A stretch of 64,000 nt of DNA from Terriglobia bacterium (GCA_963748015.1 CAVVHE010000005.1:64001-128000), one strand, 5' to 3'; shown: positions 22,642 to 37,145, counted from the first letter of the stretch. The notes: generated by a model from the sequence alone, not told the origin. Numbers and translations: made by a program.

Positions 22642-23742
22642 TCAATCTGCAGGCGGGGCGCAGAGATACCCGTTGTTGTAATCGTCCAGTTCGGAATGCA
22701 AGTATTGACCTTCGCATTTCCAAGCCGGACTGTTGGCGCGCACCGGTCCCGGATTGATCTCCAGCCACAGGTCCGCATCCAGTATGGTGTCGTCGATGCA
22801 GTCTGGTTCGTTGCCGACCTGGACATTGAGTTTGGCGGCGGCGAGTTGCTCGAACAGGTTGAGCCACTTGTTGCCTTTGGTGGGTAGTTGCATGATCAGG
22901 ATGGCCTCCCACTTGTCGTAGGTCATGCCGCCGATCTGAATCTCGTCGACCGGCCACGCTTCCGGATGGTTCTTCCAGTAACCCTGGCTGCGCACGCCCG
23001 GCGCTTCCAGTTGGCACAACCCGGCGTCCCAGCTCAGGTCGATATCCCCCCCGCCCAGCGTGATGCAGACGGTGGAGCCGGTCGCCGGATCGGCGTTGCT
23101 GTCCAAGCCTGCATCAGCGCCCGCGTGGGCCGGGCTGAACGCATAACCGGGAGGGAGCAAGAACCGGAGCGCATAGTCTCCCGCTTCGAGGTCGGCGAAC
23201 CCATAGAACCCATCAGCGTCCGTCGTGGTCTCCTCCAGGAATTGCCCCTGGCAATCGGTGAGTTGCACCAGCACGCCCGGTTTCCCCGGTTCCTCGGGAT
23301 CCTGGATGCCGTCACAATTGAGGTCCTCCCAGACGCGGTCGCCGATTTCGCCCGTGGGCGGCGGTGCGGCGCAGCCGGTCAGGCCGAAATTGGCGGTGTA
23401 GGTTGTGTCAGGAGGGACATCATAGCTGCCGGAGGTGGGGTTGGTCACGCTCAGGCCGGCCGGCAGGTTGACCAGGCTGACCCGGTAAAAGGCGGGGGTG
23501 GGGGGGAGATTCATCAAGTAATTCCCATTTGAGTCAGTGACGGCAGACACAAAGCCACCTTGCTGGAGGTTTGTCGCCAGGACGGTGATGCCGGGAAGCG
23601 GCGTTGCCGGATCACTATCGGAGCAGGTCACCGTGCCGGCAATCTGCTGGGCTGATCCTGAATTGGCCAGCAGCAGGGCTGCGCTGACCGCAACGATGCA
23701 TCGCACAAACGTGAACGTGGAGACTGAAGCCGATGGTTTCAT
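22642..23742 (-). CDS. Secreted protein with SdrD B-like domains
   Basis: Signal peptide; IGDRVWEDLNCDGIQDPEEPG, TTTDADGFYGF, DSNAD; C-terminal GYWKNHPEAWP. Confidence 0.85.
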   Translation of the reverse strand: MKPSASVSTFTFVRCIVAVSAALLLANSGSAQQIAGTVTCSDSDPATPLPGITVLATNLQQGGFVSAVTDSNGNYLMNLPPTPAFYRVSLVNLPAGLSVTNPTSGSYDVPPDTTYTANFGLTGCAAPPPTGEIGDRVWEDLNCDGIQDPEEPGKPGVLVQLTDCQGQFLEETTTDADGFYGFADLEAGDYALRFLLPPGYAFSPAHAGADAGLDSNADPATGSTVCITLGGGDIDLSWDAGLCQLEAPGVRSQGYWKNHPEAWPVDEIQIGGMTYDKWEAILIMQLPTKGNKWLNLFEQLAAAKLNVQVGNEPDCIDDTILDADLWLEINPGPVRANSPAWKCEGQYLHSELDDYNNGYLCAPPAD

Positions 23743-23889
23743 TCGTATCCTTTCGAGTTTGAAGGTTGGTCGGATCCTGAAACCGATAGCGGTTTTTGGC
23801 AAGCGCCTTGTCGGGTCCATTGAGGAAATTCTGCTCCGTACTTGTGCGTAGGCCTTTGCCCCCGAGTCGGTTCCCTGTATGCTGTCCGC

Positions 23890-25968
23890 ATGTCGCGCGA
23901 ATACGTCCTCCATCCCTTTCGTGGGGTGGCGGACCTGCACATCGATTACGCCCGGGAACTGAACGAGCAGCAATTGGCGGCGGTGACTGCACCGCCGGGG
24001 CCCGCGTTGGTGATCGCGGGCGCTGGCTCGGGCAAGACGCGCACGCTGACCTATCGGGTGGCTTATCTGCTGGAGCAGGGGATTCCGGCCGACCGGATTT
24101 TGCTGCTGACGTTCACCAACAAGGCGGCGCGCGAGATGATGCGGCGGGTGCTGGACCTGCTCGGCGTGGAGCGGTCTGATCTCTGGGGCGGCACGTTCCA
24201 CTCGATCGGGAACCAGATCCTGCGTCTGCACGCGGACAAGCTGGGTTACGACAAGAACTTCAGCATTCTCGACCAGGAGGATGCGCGCCACCTGGTGGCC
24301 ACGTGCATCGCCGAGGCGGAGATCGACACCAAAGCCACGCGTTTCCCGAAGGCCGAAGTGCTGGGTTCGATCTTGTCGCTGGCGGTGAACAAGCGGATGC
24401 CGATCGGGGAGGTGGTCGGTCAGCAGTATGATTACTTCCTGAACCTGCTTCCGCAGATCCAGCGGGTGCAGGCGGCCTACACGGAACGCAAGCGGCAGAC
24501 GGGGGCGATGGATTTTGACGACCTGTTGGCGCTCTGGCTGCGATTGATGGAGGAACAGGCTGAGGTTCGCGACCTCCTGCAACGCCGGTTCCAGTTCATC
24601 CTGGTGGACGAATATCAGGACACCAACCGGTTACAGGGGGACCTGATCGACCTGTTGGCGGCCCGGCATGGGAACGTGATGGCCGTGGGGGATGATGCGC
24701 AAAGCATTTACGGTTGGCGTGGGGCCAACTTTCAAAACATCCTGCAGTTTCCACGACGGTATCCCAACGCGGCGGTTTACAAGATCGAGACCAATTACCG
24801 CAGCACGCCCGAGATTCTTATCTTCGCCAACGCTGCCATCCGGTCCAACGTCCAGCAGTTCACCAAGGAACTCGCGCCGGCGCGTGCGGCCGGCGTGAAG
24901 CCGGTGGTGGTCCCCTGCCAGGACGCCCGGCAGCAGGCGGAGTTCGTCGCCCAGCGCGTTTTGGAGTTGCGCGACGACGGCCGGCCCCTGGAGCAGATGG
25001 CCGTGCTCTACCGATCGCATTTTCATGCATTGGAACTGCAGCTCGAGCTGACCCGGCGCAACATCCCTTTCAGCATCACCAGCGGGGTGCGCTTCTTCGA
25101 ACAGGCCCACATCAAGGATGTCACCGCGCATCTGAAGTTCGTGGTCAATTCGCGCGATGAACTGTCCTTCAAGCGGATCGTGCAACTGCTTCCGGGCATT
25201 GGTGCTCGCGGGGCGGACAAGCTCTGGCGTGAGTTTGCCCCCCGCCGCTTGATCGAGCCGCAATCCAACCGCCCCGATCCTGCACCCATCGCCGCGGCAT
25301 TGCAGTCCATGGTGCGCGCCGTGCCGAAGAAGGCGGCGGTGGCGTGGGCGCAGTTCGCCGCGACCCTGGCGCAACTCGAGGCGGCAGCGTCGGACTCCAC
25401 CGCGGGCGGGCTGATAAACATCGTGATGGAGGCGGGCTACGAGGACTACCTCAAGGCGAATTATGAGAACTATCCGTCCCGGTTGGAGGACTTGGAGCAG
25501 TTGGGGGTGTTTTCTGAACAGTTCGGGACGTTGCAGGAATTCCTCACGCAGTTGGCTCTGTTGACGAATGTGGAGGCCGAGGACGCCGAGGCCGGTCAGC
25601 AGCAGGACGCCGAACGCCTGCGGTTGTCCACAATCCATCAGGCCAAAGGATTGGAATTCGACGTGGTGTTCGTGATCATGCTTTGCGACGGGATGTTTCC
25701 CTCTTCACGATCCTTGGAGTCTGCGGACGGAGAGGAGGAGGAGCGCCGGCTCCTTTACGTGGCGGTGACTCGGGCGCGGGATGAGTTGTATCTCAGTTAC
25801 CCGCTGGTCCGGGCCATGGCCGGTGGGGGCATGGATCAGGTACAACGACCGTCGCGATTCTTGAGGGAGATTCCGGACGAGTTGCGGGAGGAGTGGGATT
25901 TGGTTAATGGCCCGCGGCAGGATTGGAATGCGTCGGCGGGCGGCGAAAGCGGGGATCCGGACGGGTAG
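23890..25968 (+). CDS. uvrD: UvrD/PcrA family ATP-dependent DNA helicase
   Basis: AGAGSGKT, TFTNKAA, VDEYQDTN, VGDDAQSIY, NYRST, TIHQAKGLEF, EERRLLYVAVTRA. Confidence 0.93.
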   Translation: MSREYVLHPFRGVADLHIDYARELNEQQLAAVTAPPGPALVIAGAGSGKTRTLTYRVAYLLEQGIPADRILLLTFTNKAAREMMRRVLDLLGVERSDLWGGTFHSIGNQILRLHADKLGYDKNFSILDQEDARHLVATCIAEAEIDTKATRFPKAEVLGSILSLAVNKRMPIGEVVGQQYDYFLNLLPQIQRVQAAYTERKRQTGAMDFDDLLALWLRLMEEQAEVRDLLQRRFQFILVDEYQDTNRLQGDLIDLLAARHGNVMAVGDDAQSIYGWRGANFQNILQFPRRYPNAAVYKIETNYRSTPEILIFANAAIRSNVQQFTKELAPARAAGVKPVVVPCQDARQQAEFVAQRVLELRDDGRPLEQMAVLYRSHFHALELQLELTRRNIPFSITSGVRFFEQAHIKDVTAHLKFVVNSRDELSFKRIVQLLPGIGARGADKLWREFAPRRLIEPQSNRPDPAPIAAALQSMVRAVPKKAAVAWAQFAATLAQLEAAASDSTAGGLINIVMEAGYEDYLKANYENYPSRLEDLEQLGVFSEQFGTLQEFLTQLALLTNVEAEDAEAGQQQDAERLRLSTIHQAKGLEFDVVFVIMLCDGMFPSSRSLESADGEEEERRLLYVAVTRARDELYLSYPLVRAMAGGGMDQVQRPSRFLREIPDELREEWDLVNGPRQDWNASAGGESGDPDG

Positions 25969-25984
25969 ACGGATGACCCAGAAC

Positions 25985-26126
25985 GGTGGATATACCGGCG
26001 CACAGCCGCCTCGTTTTTGCCGACCGTCGATACCCATTACCCGCGTGCCCCCAAATGCTGGTCCACAAAGTCCCGTCGTCGCCCCGCATACACTCGCGCA
26101 ATGTGGATCGCGCTCTTCCCCTTCCC
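25985..26126 (-). mobile_element. Degenerate IS200/IS605 TnpA (Y1 transposase) C-terminal remnant
   Basis: Translates KGKSAIHIARVYAGRRRDFVDQHLGARG*WVSTVGKNEAAVRRYI, resembling TnpA KGKSA...FWARGYYVSTVG..E..I..YI with an in-frame stop. Confidence 0.75.
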
Positions 26127-26200
26127 GCGTTTGACGAGGGACTGTTTCTGGCGGGTCGCCAAGGACAACCCGTGGGACGGGGATGCTCCACCAGCCGCTT

Positions 26201-27049
26201 TCACGACTTGATGTCGCGGCAATGGAAGCCGGCCAAGCCGATCAAGAAGGCCGTGAGGTTCACCCCGGCGAGGACGGCCAGGCTCTGGCCGAGGCGAAAC
26301 CAGTCCACCGGCGCCTGGAAGACCAGCAACCAACCCCGAAAATGATGTGTCAGACAGAGTTCCTTGTATTCCTCGAAGAAGGGCATGGCTTCCATCACCA
26401 GGCTGAGCAGGAGCACCGACAACGCGAGGATGGTGGCGGCGGCTGGTTTCATGTTGAAGCTGGAAAACATGAAGGCCAGGGCGAACATCGTGCAGGCGTT
26501 GACCGCCAGCAGGAGGTGCGAGGCGGCATAAAGTCCCAGCCCCTGCCCGGCGGAGAAAATGCCGAATACGCGAACCGGGCCGGGCACGAAGACAAACAGG
26601 CCGCCCCACGCGAACCAAAGCCGGGCAAACAGCACGGCCATGATTCCCAGCGAAGCCACCAGGAGAATGCAGAACACCAGGCCGGCCAGCCACTTGATCA
26701 CCAGCAACCGCCCCCGCGAGATCGGGCGGCACAGAATCATGCGCAAGGTGCCCTCCTCGGATTCCTTGGCCACCATGTCGCCGCCCACCAGGCAGGCGTA
26801 GAGGGGCATCAGCAGGATGATCTGCGGAATGAGCATGACCACGGCGACGGTGAGCGCGGAGATGTATTCCTCGGCCAGGTAGCCGTTGCCCTGCAGCAAC
26901 CGGGCCGTGCCCTCCTGCCAATCCGAGAAGTGAAACGCCAGCAGCATGGCATTCTGGGCCACGAGAAAGGCGCCAAACCCGATGTAGGTGCGCTTCTTGC
27001 CGAACAACTTCCACAGCTCGTTGCCCAGTTGACGAAGAAACAAGCTCAT
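26201..27049 (-). CDS. ABC-2 type transporter permease
   Basis: ELWKLFGKKRTY, ESEEGTLRMILCRPISRGRLLVIKW; six TM segments. Confidence 0.88.
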   Translation of the reverse strand: MSLFLRQLGNELWKLFGKKRTYIGFGAFLVAQNAMLLAFHFSDWQEGTARLLQGNGYLAEEYISALTVAVVMLIPQIILLMPLYACLVGGDMVAKESEEGTLRMILCRPISRGRLLVIKWLAGLVFCILLVASLGIMAVLFARLWFAWGGLFVFVPGPVRVFGIFSAGQGLGLYAASHLLLAVNACTMFALAFMFSSFNMKPAAATILALSVLLLSLVMEAMPFFEEYKELCLTHHFRGWLLVFQAPVDWFRLGQSLAVLAGVNLTAFLIGLAGFHCRDIKS

Positions 27050-28020
27050 GATGGTCGCCCTTGGGTTGCATCGGCTCCGGACCGCAGGATTGAACGTCCG
27101 CCCTCCCGATCCGGGCCGGCTTCTCCAGCCCCCGACGCTCCCATCAACGCAAGATAAAAGTCCTCCAGAGTCTGTTCCTCCGGACTGATCTCGTAAACAG
27201 GGTGTCCATGCGCAACCAGCGCGCGCACCACGGCCTCGGCCCCCACGCCGTCGGCCAGCCGAACAGAATCTCCGTTTCGATGATCCGCCACCAGACCCTG
27301 CTCCAGAAGCTGTGCCACCGCCTGGTCAAACGCGTCCGTGCGCAGCCGCAGCCAACCTTGATGCCGCGTCGTCTCGGCGACCGTGCCGGCGAACACCAGC
27401 CGTCCTCCTTTCAGCACTGCGATGCGACTGCAGATCTGTTCGACTTCGGTGAGCAGATGGGACGAGAGCAGAATGGTCAAACCGAACTCGCGGTGAAGTC
27501 GTCGAATCATGCCACGCAGTTCATGCATGCCCTCGGGATCCAAGCCGTCCCCCGGTTCGTCCAGAATCAGAAGCCGCGGATCGGGCAGGAGCGCCTGGGC
27601 CAGCGCCAGCCGGGTGCGCATGCCATGCGAATATGTGCACAGCTTGGAGTGGGCCCGCGAAGACAGGCCGACCCAGTCGAGCACTTGGTGAATTCGGTCC
27701 GACGATGTCGGGCCGGTGTAATGGCTGAGGATCTCCAGGTTGCGGTAGCCGCTGAGGTAATCGTAAAACACCGGTGTCTCGAAAATCGCCCCCACCCTGG
27801 CGAGGGCGTGGCGTCGATCGCTCAGCACATCATGGCCGCCAATGCTGGCACGGCCGGAGGTAGGCCAGACCTGGCCGAGCAAGATGCCGATGGCCGTGCT
27901 CTTGCCGGCGCCATTGTGACCAAGCAATCCAAAGATCTCCCCGGACGGGATGTCCAAGGTCAACTGATCCAGCGCCAACCGTGCGCCGAAATGTTTGGAG
28001 ATTCCGGAGAACGAGATCAT
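27046..28020 (-). CDS. ABC transporter ATP-binding protein
   Basis: [31 protein letters not shown]. Confidence 0.92.
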   Translation of the reverse strand: MISFSGISKHFGARLALDQLTLDIPSGEIFGLLGHNGAGKSTAIGILLGQVWPTSGRASIGGHDVLSDRRHALARVGAIFETPVFYDYLSGYRNLEILSHYTGPTSSDRIHQVLDWVGLSSRAHSKLCTYSHGMRTRLALAQALLPDPRLLILDEPGDGLDPEGMHELRGMIRRLHREFGLTILLSSHLLTEVEQICSRIAVLKGGRLVFAGTVAETTRHQGWLRLRTDAFDQAVAQLLEQGLVADHRNGDSVRLADGVGAEAVVRALVAHGHPVYEISPEEQTLEDFYLALMGASGAGEAGPDREGGRSILRSGADATQGRPS

Positions 28021-28598
28021 TTGCCTTTGCTAGTGGTTCCCTCGACAGCCAGGAGGTTCTTGATGTGACCGTCGGCATAAAGGTAGTTCACCTCGCGCCC
28101 CGGTCCGCGCGCGGCATGAAAGTCCTCCTTGTCATACATCACCGGCACCTGCGTCGGCGCGAACTCGAAGGTGAAGATCCGCAGGCGGTCGGCGTCCTGG
28201 CCGTTCAGCAGGCTGTTCCATGAATAACTCGATCCGGTGCGTTCGAACAGCCCCTGCCGATCACTGGGACAGCGCAACACGTGGACATTCCCCAATTCGC
28301 GCGCGAGCACCCGGTCCACGCTGGGAAAGCCGTTGGTGGGAGGCAGGTCCGGAACGCGATCCCGAATGTAAGGCATGCGGTTGTTGTGCTCCTGCACGTG
28401 GATCTGCAAGGCCACCCCCACCTGTCGCAGATGCCCCAGGCAAGCCGTGCCCCTCGCAGATTCCTTGGCGCGGCTGAACGCGGGCAGCAACAGCGCGGCC
28501 AGCAGGCCGATGATGGCGATCACCACCAGCAATTCGACGAGCGTGAATGCCGGGGCTGCCGCACAACCCGTTTGGGGCGATAAGGATTTGTCCGGCAT
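28017..28598 (-). CDS. Prepilin-type N-terminal cleavage/methylation protein with H-X9-DG C-terminal motif
   Basis: [30 protein letters not shown]...VNYLYADGH. Confidence 0.9.
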   Translation of the reverse strand: MPDKSLSPQTGCAAAPAFTLVELLVVIAIIGLLAALLLPAFSRAKESARGTACLGHLRQVGVALQIHVQEHNNRMPYIRDRVPDLPPTNGFPSVDRVLARELGNVHVLRCPSDRQGLFERTGSSYSWNSLLNGQDADRLRIFTFEFAPTQVPVMYDKEDFHAARGPGREVNYLYADGHIKNLLAVEGTTSKGK

Positions 28599-28602
28599 CG
28601 GT

Positions 28603-29229
28603 TCACTCCTGTCTTCGCCGATCCCGCATCCACCGCCCGCTTTCCATCAGGCGCTGCATCTCCTCCAGGACCGGGGCCAGCTCGGCTTTGGTCTGGGCGG
28701 AACTCGTGCTGTAAAACGCCTTCATGCCCACTTCGATCACCCGGCGCTGCATTTCCTCGCTCAGAACCGGCTCGTTCGTCCACCCGGAGGCTGCTCCCCA
28801 ATGAACCTCGGCGCGAGCCTCACGCAATCGTTTCAAGGAATCCTCCACCGCCCGGCGCCGTTTGTCTTGCGGCAACGCCTCGAAGGCATCGAGCATCTGT
28901 TTCACTCCACTCGGGAGCGTTTGCTCGACAAACCACAGCTTTTCCGCGTCCGTCATCTGCTCGAACAACCGGCCCCAGACCCGTCCCAGGCGCACCTCGC
29001 GCCGCTCCTCGTACCCGAGGGCGTTCAACTGCTTGGCCAAGCGTTCCAATGCCGCCTGCCGCGCCTCGGGCGACAGCGCGTTCAGATCCAGCGAACTCGC
29101 GTAGGCGGAAAGTTTCTCGGGCGTCGGACGCAACGCCGCCGCGATCTGGTAACCGGCAAAGACGCCCCCCCAGATCACGAGCACGGCAGCGCCGGCCCAG
29201 AGAACGACGCGATAGCGCGATGTGTTCAC
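28603..29229 (-). CDS. Membrane-anchored helical hypothetical protein
   Basis: GTG start, single N-terminal TM ([19 protein letters not shown]), charged helical remainder; first gene of the operon. Confidence 0.7.
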   Translation of the reverse strand: MNTSRYRVVLWAGAAVLVIWGGVFAGYQIAAALRPTPEKLSAYASSLDLNALSPEARQAALERLAKQLNALGYEERREVRLGRVWGRLFEQMTDAEKLWFVEQTLPSGVKQMLDAFEALPQDKRRRAVEDSLKRLREARAEVHWGAASGWTNEPVLSEEMQRRVIEVGMKAFYSTSSAQTKAELAPVLEEMQRLMESGRWMRDRRRQE

Positions 29230-29870
29230 AATTTGACTGGGATAAATGTTGCCACAGCCACAAACGTTACACCAGCCCAGCAAAAATGCACCGACCGCCA
29301 GGCACGGCATTGGGGCAGCGGGTGAACCCACCCTGTGGTTTGGTCTTGTCCCCAAGACTGGTGACTGGTGGGGACGTGGGACTACATTAAGCTGTCTGTA
29401 GTTCTCATTGTTATGGGGCCGGTCTGAGTGGGCCGGCCCTTGTGCTGTACGAGGAGGGCATTGAGAAACCTTTGCAAGAGACTTTTCTCGCGGGAGACAT
29501 TCTCGCGGGAGAACTTGCCTGACCGACCGATCCGTGGCACCGCAACCCGCCGCCGGAAAATCAGTTCCCACGGCCAATCTTCCGTACGATGCAATGGAGA
29601 CCTCAGTCGGTCCACGTGACGAAGAGACACAGTCCCTCGCTGCGAGGTCCAGTTGCACACCACTGTCGAAATCCGGGCTCGCGCCATCCAACCAGGCACG
29701 CCCGTCCGCGTCGTCACCCCAACAGGCGTCCCAGAACGCCGTGGACAGGGACAGAATCACGCGGTGATGATTCGGGTTGCGCGGCTCGCGGACGCCGGGC
29801 AGGGCGCAAGTGCAAGGCGCGGTCGGCCTTTCGCGCTTTCCTTGCAGGCCGGTTTTGCTTTCATCGGCGG

Positions 29871-31418
29871 ATGACGGCGACCACTCCGCGCTTCTGGCGT
29901 ATTCGCACTGGCGACCTCGACGGTTTCTTCGGCCTGTTTGTGGACAACCTGCTGCAGTTGCTCCTCATCTTCACGCTGTGCCCGTTGCTGTGCGGCATCC
30001 GTGCGGCGGAAGTGACCAGGCACATCCTGCCCGGCGCGGCGCTTTCCATCCTGGCGGGCAACCTGTTCTTCGCGTGGCAGGCGTGGCGGATCGCACAACG
30101 CGAACGCCGCGACGACGTCACCGCCATGCCGTACGGGATCAACACGGTCAGCCTTTTCGCCTACATCGTCTTCATCATGGCGCCGATCTACCGGCAGACC
30201 GCCGACGCCACGCTCGCGTGGCAGGCCGGCCTCTTCGCTTGTTTCATCAGCGGCGTGATGGAATTCCTCGGAGCGTTCGTCGGCGACCTGTTGCGCCGGC
30301 ACACGCCACGCGCGGCACTGCTGTCCTCGCTGGCGGGCATTGCCATCACCTTCATCGCCATGGGATTTGTGTTTCAAATCTACGCCAACCCGGCGATGGG
30401 GCTGCTGCCCATGCTGCTGATCCTCGTGTGCTACGCTTCCAAACTCAAACTGCCGCTCGGTCTGCCCGCCGGGTTTGTCGCGGTGGTCCTTGGCACCACC
30501 CTCGCCTGGGCTTTGCGCGCAGCGGGACTTGCCCCGACGACGACGGCTGCGGCGACCGCCGCCATCGCCTTTCATCCGCCGCAATGGGCGGGTGACCGCC
30601 TGTTCGGCTTTCTTTTTTCCAAGGTCGGCTGGAGCTATCTGGCGGTGATCGTGCCCATGGGATTGTTCAACATCATCGGCTCACTGCAATGCCTGGAAAG
30701 CGCTGAAGCCGCCGGCGACCGCTTCCCCACGCGCCCGTCGCTGCTGGCCAACGGCGTCGGCAGTATGGTCGCCGCATGCTTCGGGAGTCCGTTCGCCACC
30801 ACGCTCTACATCGGCCACCCCGGGTGGAAGGCTATGGGTGCGCGCTGGAGTTATTCGTGGTTGAACGGGGCGGTCATCTGCACGCTCGCGCTGTTCGGCG
30901 TCGTCGGCGAGGTGTTGCGGTTCGTGCCCTTGGAAGTCACCCTGGGCATCCTGCTGTGGATCGGCCTCGTGATCACCGCGCAAGCCTTCCAGGCCAGCCC
31001 GCAACCGCACGCGCTCGCCGTTGCCGCCGGCCTCATCCCCGCGCTCGCCGCCTGGTTGCTCGTGCAGATCGAGACCGCCCTGCGCGTGGCCGGCACCGAC
31101 CTCGTCTCGACCGTGGACCGCTTTGCGCCCACCCTCCACCTGCGTGGCGTCATCGCCCTGAGCCAGGGCTTTCTCATCACGTCCATCATCTACGCGGCGG
31201 TGATGGCCTGCGTGATCGACCGGAAGTTCAAATCTGCCGCCGGCTGGCTGTTGATGGCCGCCGCGCTCTCCGCCGTCGGCCTCATCCACGCCTACCGACT
31301 CACGCCCGGCGGCGTCGAGAATCATTTCGCGTGGTTCACCGCCGCACCGGATTTTGCCATCGCCTATGCCGTCGGTGCCGCCACCCTGTGGACGTATGCA
31401 CTGACGCGCACGAGCTGA
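29871..31418 (+). CDS. NCS2/AzgA-like nucleobase permease
   Basis: GDLDGFFGLFVDN, TAMPYGINT, ESAEAAGD, TTLYIGHPGWKAMGAR; many TM helices. Confidence 0.85.
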   Translation: MTATTPRFWRIRTGDLDGFFGLFVDNLLQLLLIFTLCPLLCGIRAAEVTRHILPGAALSILAGNLFFAWQAWRIAQRERRDDVTAMPYGINTVSLFAYIVFIMAPIYRQTADATLAWQAGLFACFISGVMEFLGAFVGDLLRRHTPRAALLSSLAGIAITFIAMGFVFQIYANPAMGLLPMLLILVCYASKLKLPLGLPAGFVAVVLGTTLAWALRAAGLAPTTTAAATAAIAFHPPQWAGDRLFGFLFSKVGWSYLAVIVPMGLFNIIGSLQCLESAEAAGDRFPTRPSLLANGVGSMVAACFGSPFATTLYIGHPGWKAMGARWSYSWLNGAVICTLALFGVVGEVLRFVPLEVTLGILLWIGLVITAQAFQASPQPHALAVAAGLIPALAAWLLVQIETALRVAGTDLVSTVDRFAPTLHLRGVIALSQGFLITSIIYAAVMACVIDRKFKSAAGWLLMAAALSAVGLIHAYRLTPGGVENHFAWFTAAPDFAIAYAVGAATLWTYALTRTS

Positions 31419-31438
31419 CAGACATCGAGTCAAGCCTT

Positions 31439-33345
<1,907 letters not shown>

Positions 33346-33349
<4 letters not shown>

Positions 33350-33999
33350 ACGAGCTGGAGGATGCCGCCGACCTTGCCGGCTTGTTCGATGACACGGCCA
33401 TTTTGCAGCGGCCACTGGAGCGCGTTGGAGACGGTCAGATAACCGAGTTCCGGCGGGTTGCGGAGCACTTCGTCGGCGAGGGACTCGGCCTCAATCTCGT
33501 CCACGGGCAGCATCCGCTCCTGGAAGAAGGCGAGGATGTCGTCGCGGTTCGCTTTGTTTTCCACCAGACGACGCAGTCCCGAAGTTGTCTGAAAATCAGC
33601 CGTTTGCTCCTTCTCGACAAAAACCGTGTGTCGCATGTCCAGCCGGCCCGTGCGCGTCTTCTCTTCATCTTGCTTGTCATAGACAAACACGAGCAGTGAA
33701 TAGCCCAGGCCGTAGATCTTCTGGCGGGCGCTCTTGAACGGACATGACGACTGAGGTTGCCAAATGCTCGTGACCTTGATGTCCACGCCCAGTTCCGGGA
33801 AATCAATCCCCTTGGCGGAATTGCCGCGTCCGTAAGTGTAGCGGCTCTGAAGATGCGTTTGAAACTTGTGTTCCAGATATGTGCCGACAGCCTTGTCATC
33901 CGTGACACCGAACAGGCTCGGTTCGGCGTGCTTCGACTGCGCTTTCGCAAAGCTGGACGCTTCCTTTTGCAACAACTGGACTGTGAGCGGCTTCGGCAT
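33346..33999 (-). CDS. Type II restriction endonuclease (R.NspV-like)
   Basis: GIDFPELGVDIKVTS (PD-(D/E)xK), QPQSSCPFKSARQKIYGLGY, TADFQ; ATGA overlap with the MTase. Confidence 0.8.
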
Positions 34000-34006
34000 G
34001 TCGTGA

Positions 34007-34309
34007 TTATCTCAAGATTCCCGGCCCGCGTAAATGCACCGTTGTGGACAGCGCGCCCGCACCAGCCCCGGCGTCGAGCAAATGCACTTTGCTCCGGGGA
34101 ATCTCGAACAGCGACGCCATGTCACCCTCTCCGCATCGGATGGGGAGAGGGATTGAGGGTGAGGTGTCGGAGGCCAGCGCCAGGAACTGCCCCAACTCGT
34201 GCTGCTTGTCCAAGTCGTCCGGCGATGCCGGAGCAAATGGCGAAAGCGTGGGCGTTTCACAGGCAAGGACGTTCGGATGGATGGCGGCTGTTGTCACAAG
34301 CTCTGCCAC
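34007..34309 (-). pseudogene. N-terminal stub of a PstI/BsuBI-type adenine methyltransferase, interrupted by a palindromic repeat
   Basis: ELGQFL[insert]MASLFE...VHLLDAGAGAGALS, then ends. Confidence 0.65.
34122..34164. repeat. REP-like palindrome
   Basis: CCCTCTCC-gcatcggatg-GGGAGAGGG hairpin followed by GAGGGTGAGG. Confidence 0.6.
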
Positions 34310-34524
34310 GATGATAGCAACGTCGTGGGCGCTATCAATGCTTATGAACCCTGATTGCTTTCAACGCAAAGACGCGGTGGCACATAGAATTTCAACCACG
34401 GATGCCGATGCACGCCAGAACAAACCGCGATTCCTCCGCGTAACGGCAGACACGCTCCGAAGCCATACGCGAAGAATAATCCGCCTTGTGGTGGTCGGCA
34501 GATTTGCTCTACTTGAGGCCAGTT

Positions 34525-35115
34525 ATGGCCACCAAATCCGACTTCATGGCTGCTGAGGAGATCAAAGCCATTCTCCACGGCAGAGAAAAAATCCAGCAGG
34601 AGCGAATCATTCGTTAGGTCACCGAAAGTCTCGGTCTCCTTGCAGTTCCGAGCGTCATTGCCGGAACACCCGCGACGCCCGCAGCCGTTCCCGCAATTCC
34701 GTCCGCACACGCGCACCCAGCGGCCACTCCGCCACACAGGTCCAAGGACATCAAAACATTTGTCAACGAGAAGAATCCCAAGAGCGACGTGCAGTTCGCA
34801 GCAGTGGCTGCCTACTTCTATCGCTTCGAATCCTCTCCGGGCGAGCGCAAAGAAGTCATTTTGCCACAGGATTTGGATCAGGCCGGGCGTCAGGCGAGGG
34901 GCTACAGCTTCAAAAACGCTCGGGCGACGTTGAATAATGCCGTCATGCTCGGTTACTTCGATCGTGCAGGTGACGGGCAGTTCAAGTTGAACGCCGTTGG
35001 CGAGAATCTAGTGGCGATGACTCTGCCCGGCGCAAGTGGCGAGGCGAATGGTGGCAAAGCGCGACCTGCAAAGCGAAAGAGAAAAGCGCGAGTAGCAAAA
35101 TCGAAGGCCAAGTGA
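34525..35115 (+). pseudogene. Putative wHTH-type protein with in-frame TAG at 34615-34617
   Basis: One frame: MATKSDFMAAEEIK...ERIIR*VTESLG, Pro/Ala linker, DIKTFVNEKNPKSDVQFAAVAAYFY...LNNAVMLGYFDRAGDGQFKLNAVGENLV, basic tail. Confidence 0.7.
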
Positions 35116-35118
35116 TTT

Positions 35119-36586
<1,468 letters not shown>

Positions 36587-36656
36587 TCAATCAAATCCCG
36601 GTTCAACCGCTGCGCTCGACACCGAGCACCATGCTGGATACCCCCACTGCCAGTCC

Positions 36657-37145
36657 GTGAACTACATCAGCCAAATCATCAACTACGTTCGCAAGGCGCA
36701 GGAAATCGCCGCGCAGCACGGCTTCAAGAACCTGCTTCAACCGGGACTCGTGAAGGAGTTGGTAGTTGCCGACATTCTCGGCCACGAAGTTCATCGCACG
36801 AAACACGAACCCGATGCGTTCGACCCAGCCAGTCCGGCTCGGAAGTTTGAATATCTCTCCTGTTTCGATGGTGGGACATTCCAGCTCGACCGGATGTTCA
36901 AGTCGCCGCACGACACACGAGCGAAATCACTCGAACGCATTACGCGCAACACGGCGATTTACTGTGCGGTCTTCGATGAAGAGAGTCCGCTGGATGTCAT
37001 CACGATTTACGAAGTTCCGGTAGATGTGATGTTGCGCGAAGCCGAGCGGCAGTTGGATGCGAGCCGCAATGACATTTCCCACGTCGGCTTCACAATCAAG
37101 TGGGCGCAACAGCACGGCAAGATCGTTCACACCAAGCAGGCTTGA
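36657..37145 (+). CDS. PvuII-like restriction endonuclease
   Basis: QEIAAQHGFKNLLQ...EPDAFD...FEYLS...DISHVGFTIKWAQQHGKIV parallels PvuII (QDLALKHGINDIFQ...NDAVD...YELKS...[20 protein letters not shown], recalled from memory); adjacent to an MTase. Confidence 0.65.
   Translation: MNYISQIINYVRKAQEIAAQHGFKNLLQPGLVKELVVADILGHEVHRTKHEPDAFDPASPARKFEYLSCFDGGTFQLDRMFKSPHDTRAKSLERITRNTAIYCAVFDEESPLDVITIYEVPVDVMLREAERQLDASRNDISHVGFTIKWAQQHGKIVHTKQA

Noticed and set aside
22642..24582. 646-aa ORF as one protein
   Set aside because: Its N-terminal part is antisense to uvrD; the plausible gene starts at 23742 with a signal peptide
34355..34450. aacgcaaagacgc / aaccacggatg motifs reminiscent of short repeats that flank small nuclease cassettes
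   Set aside because: Single degenerate occurrences; cannot be supported from this window alone
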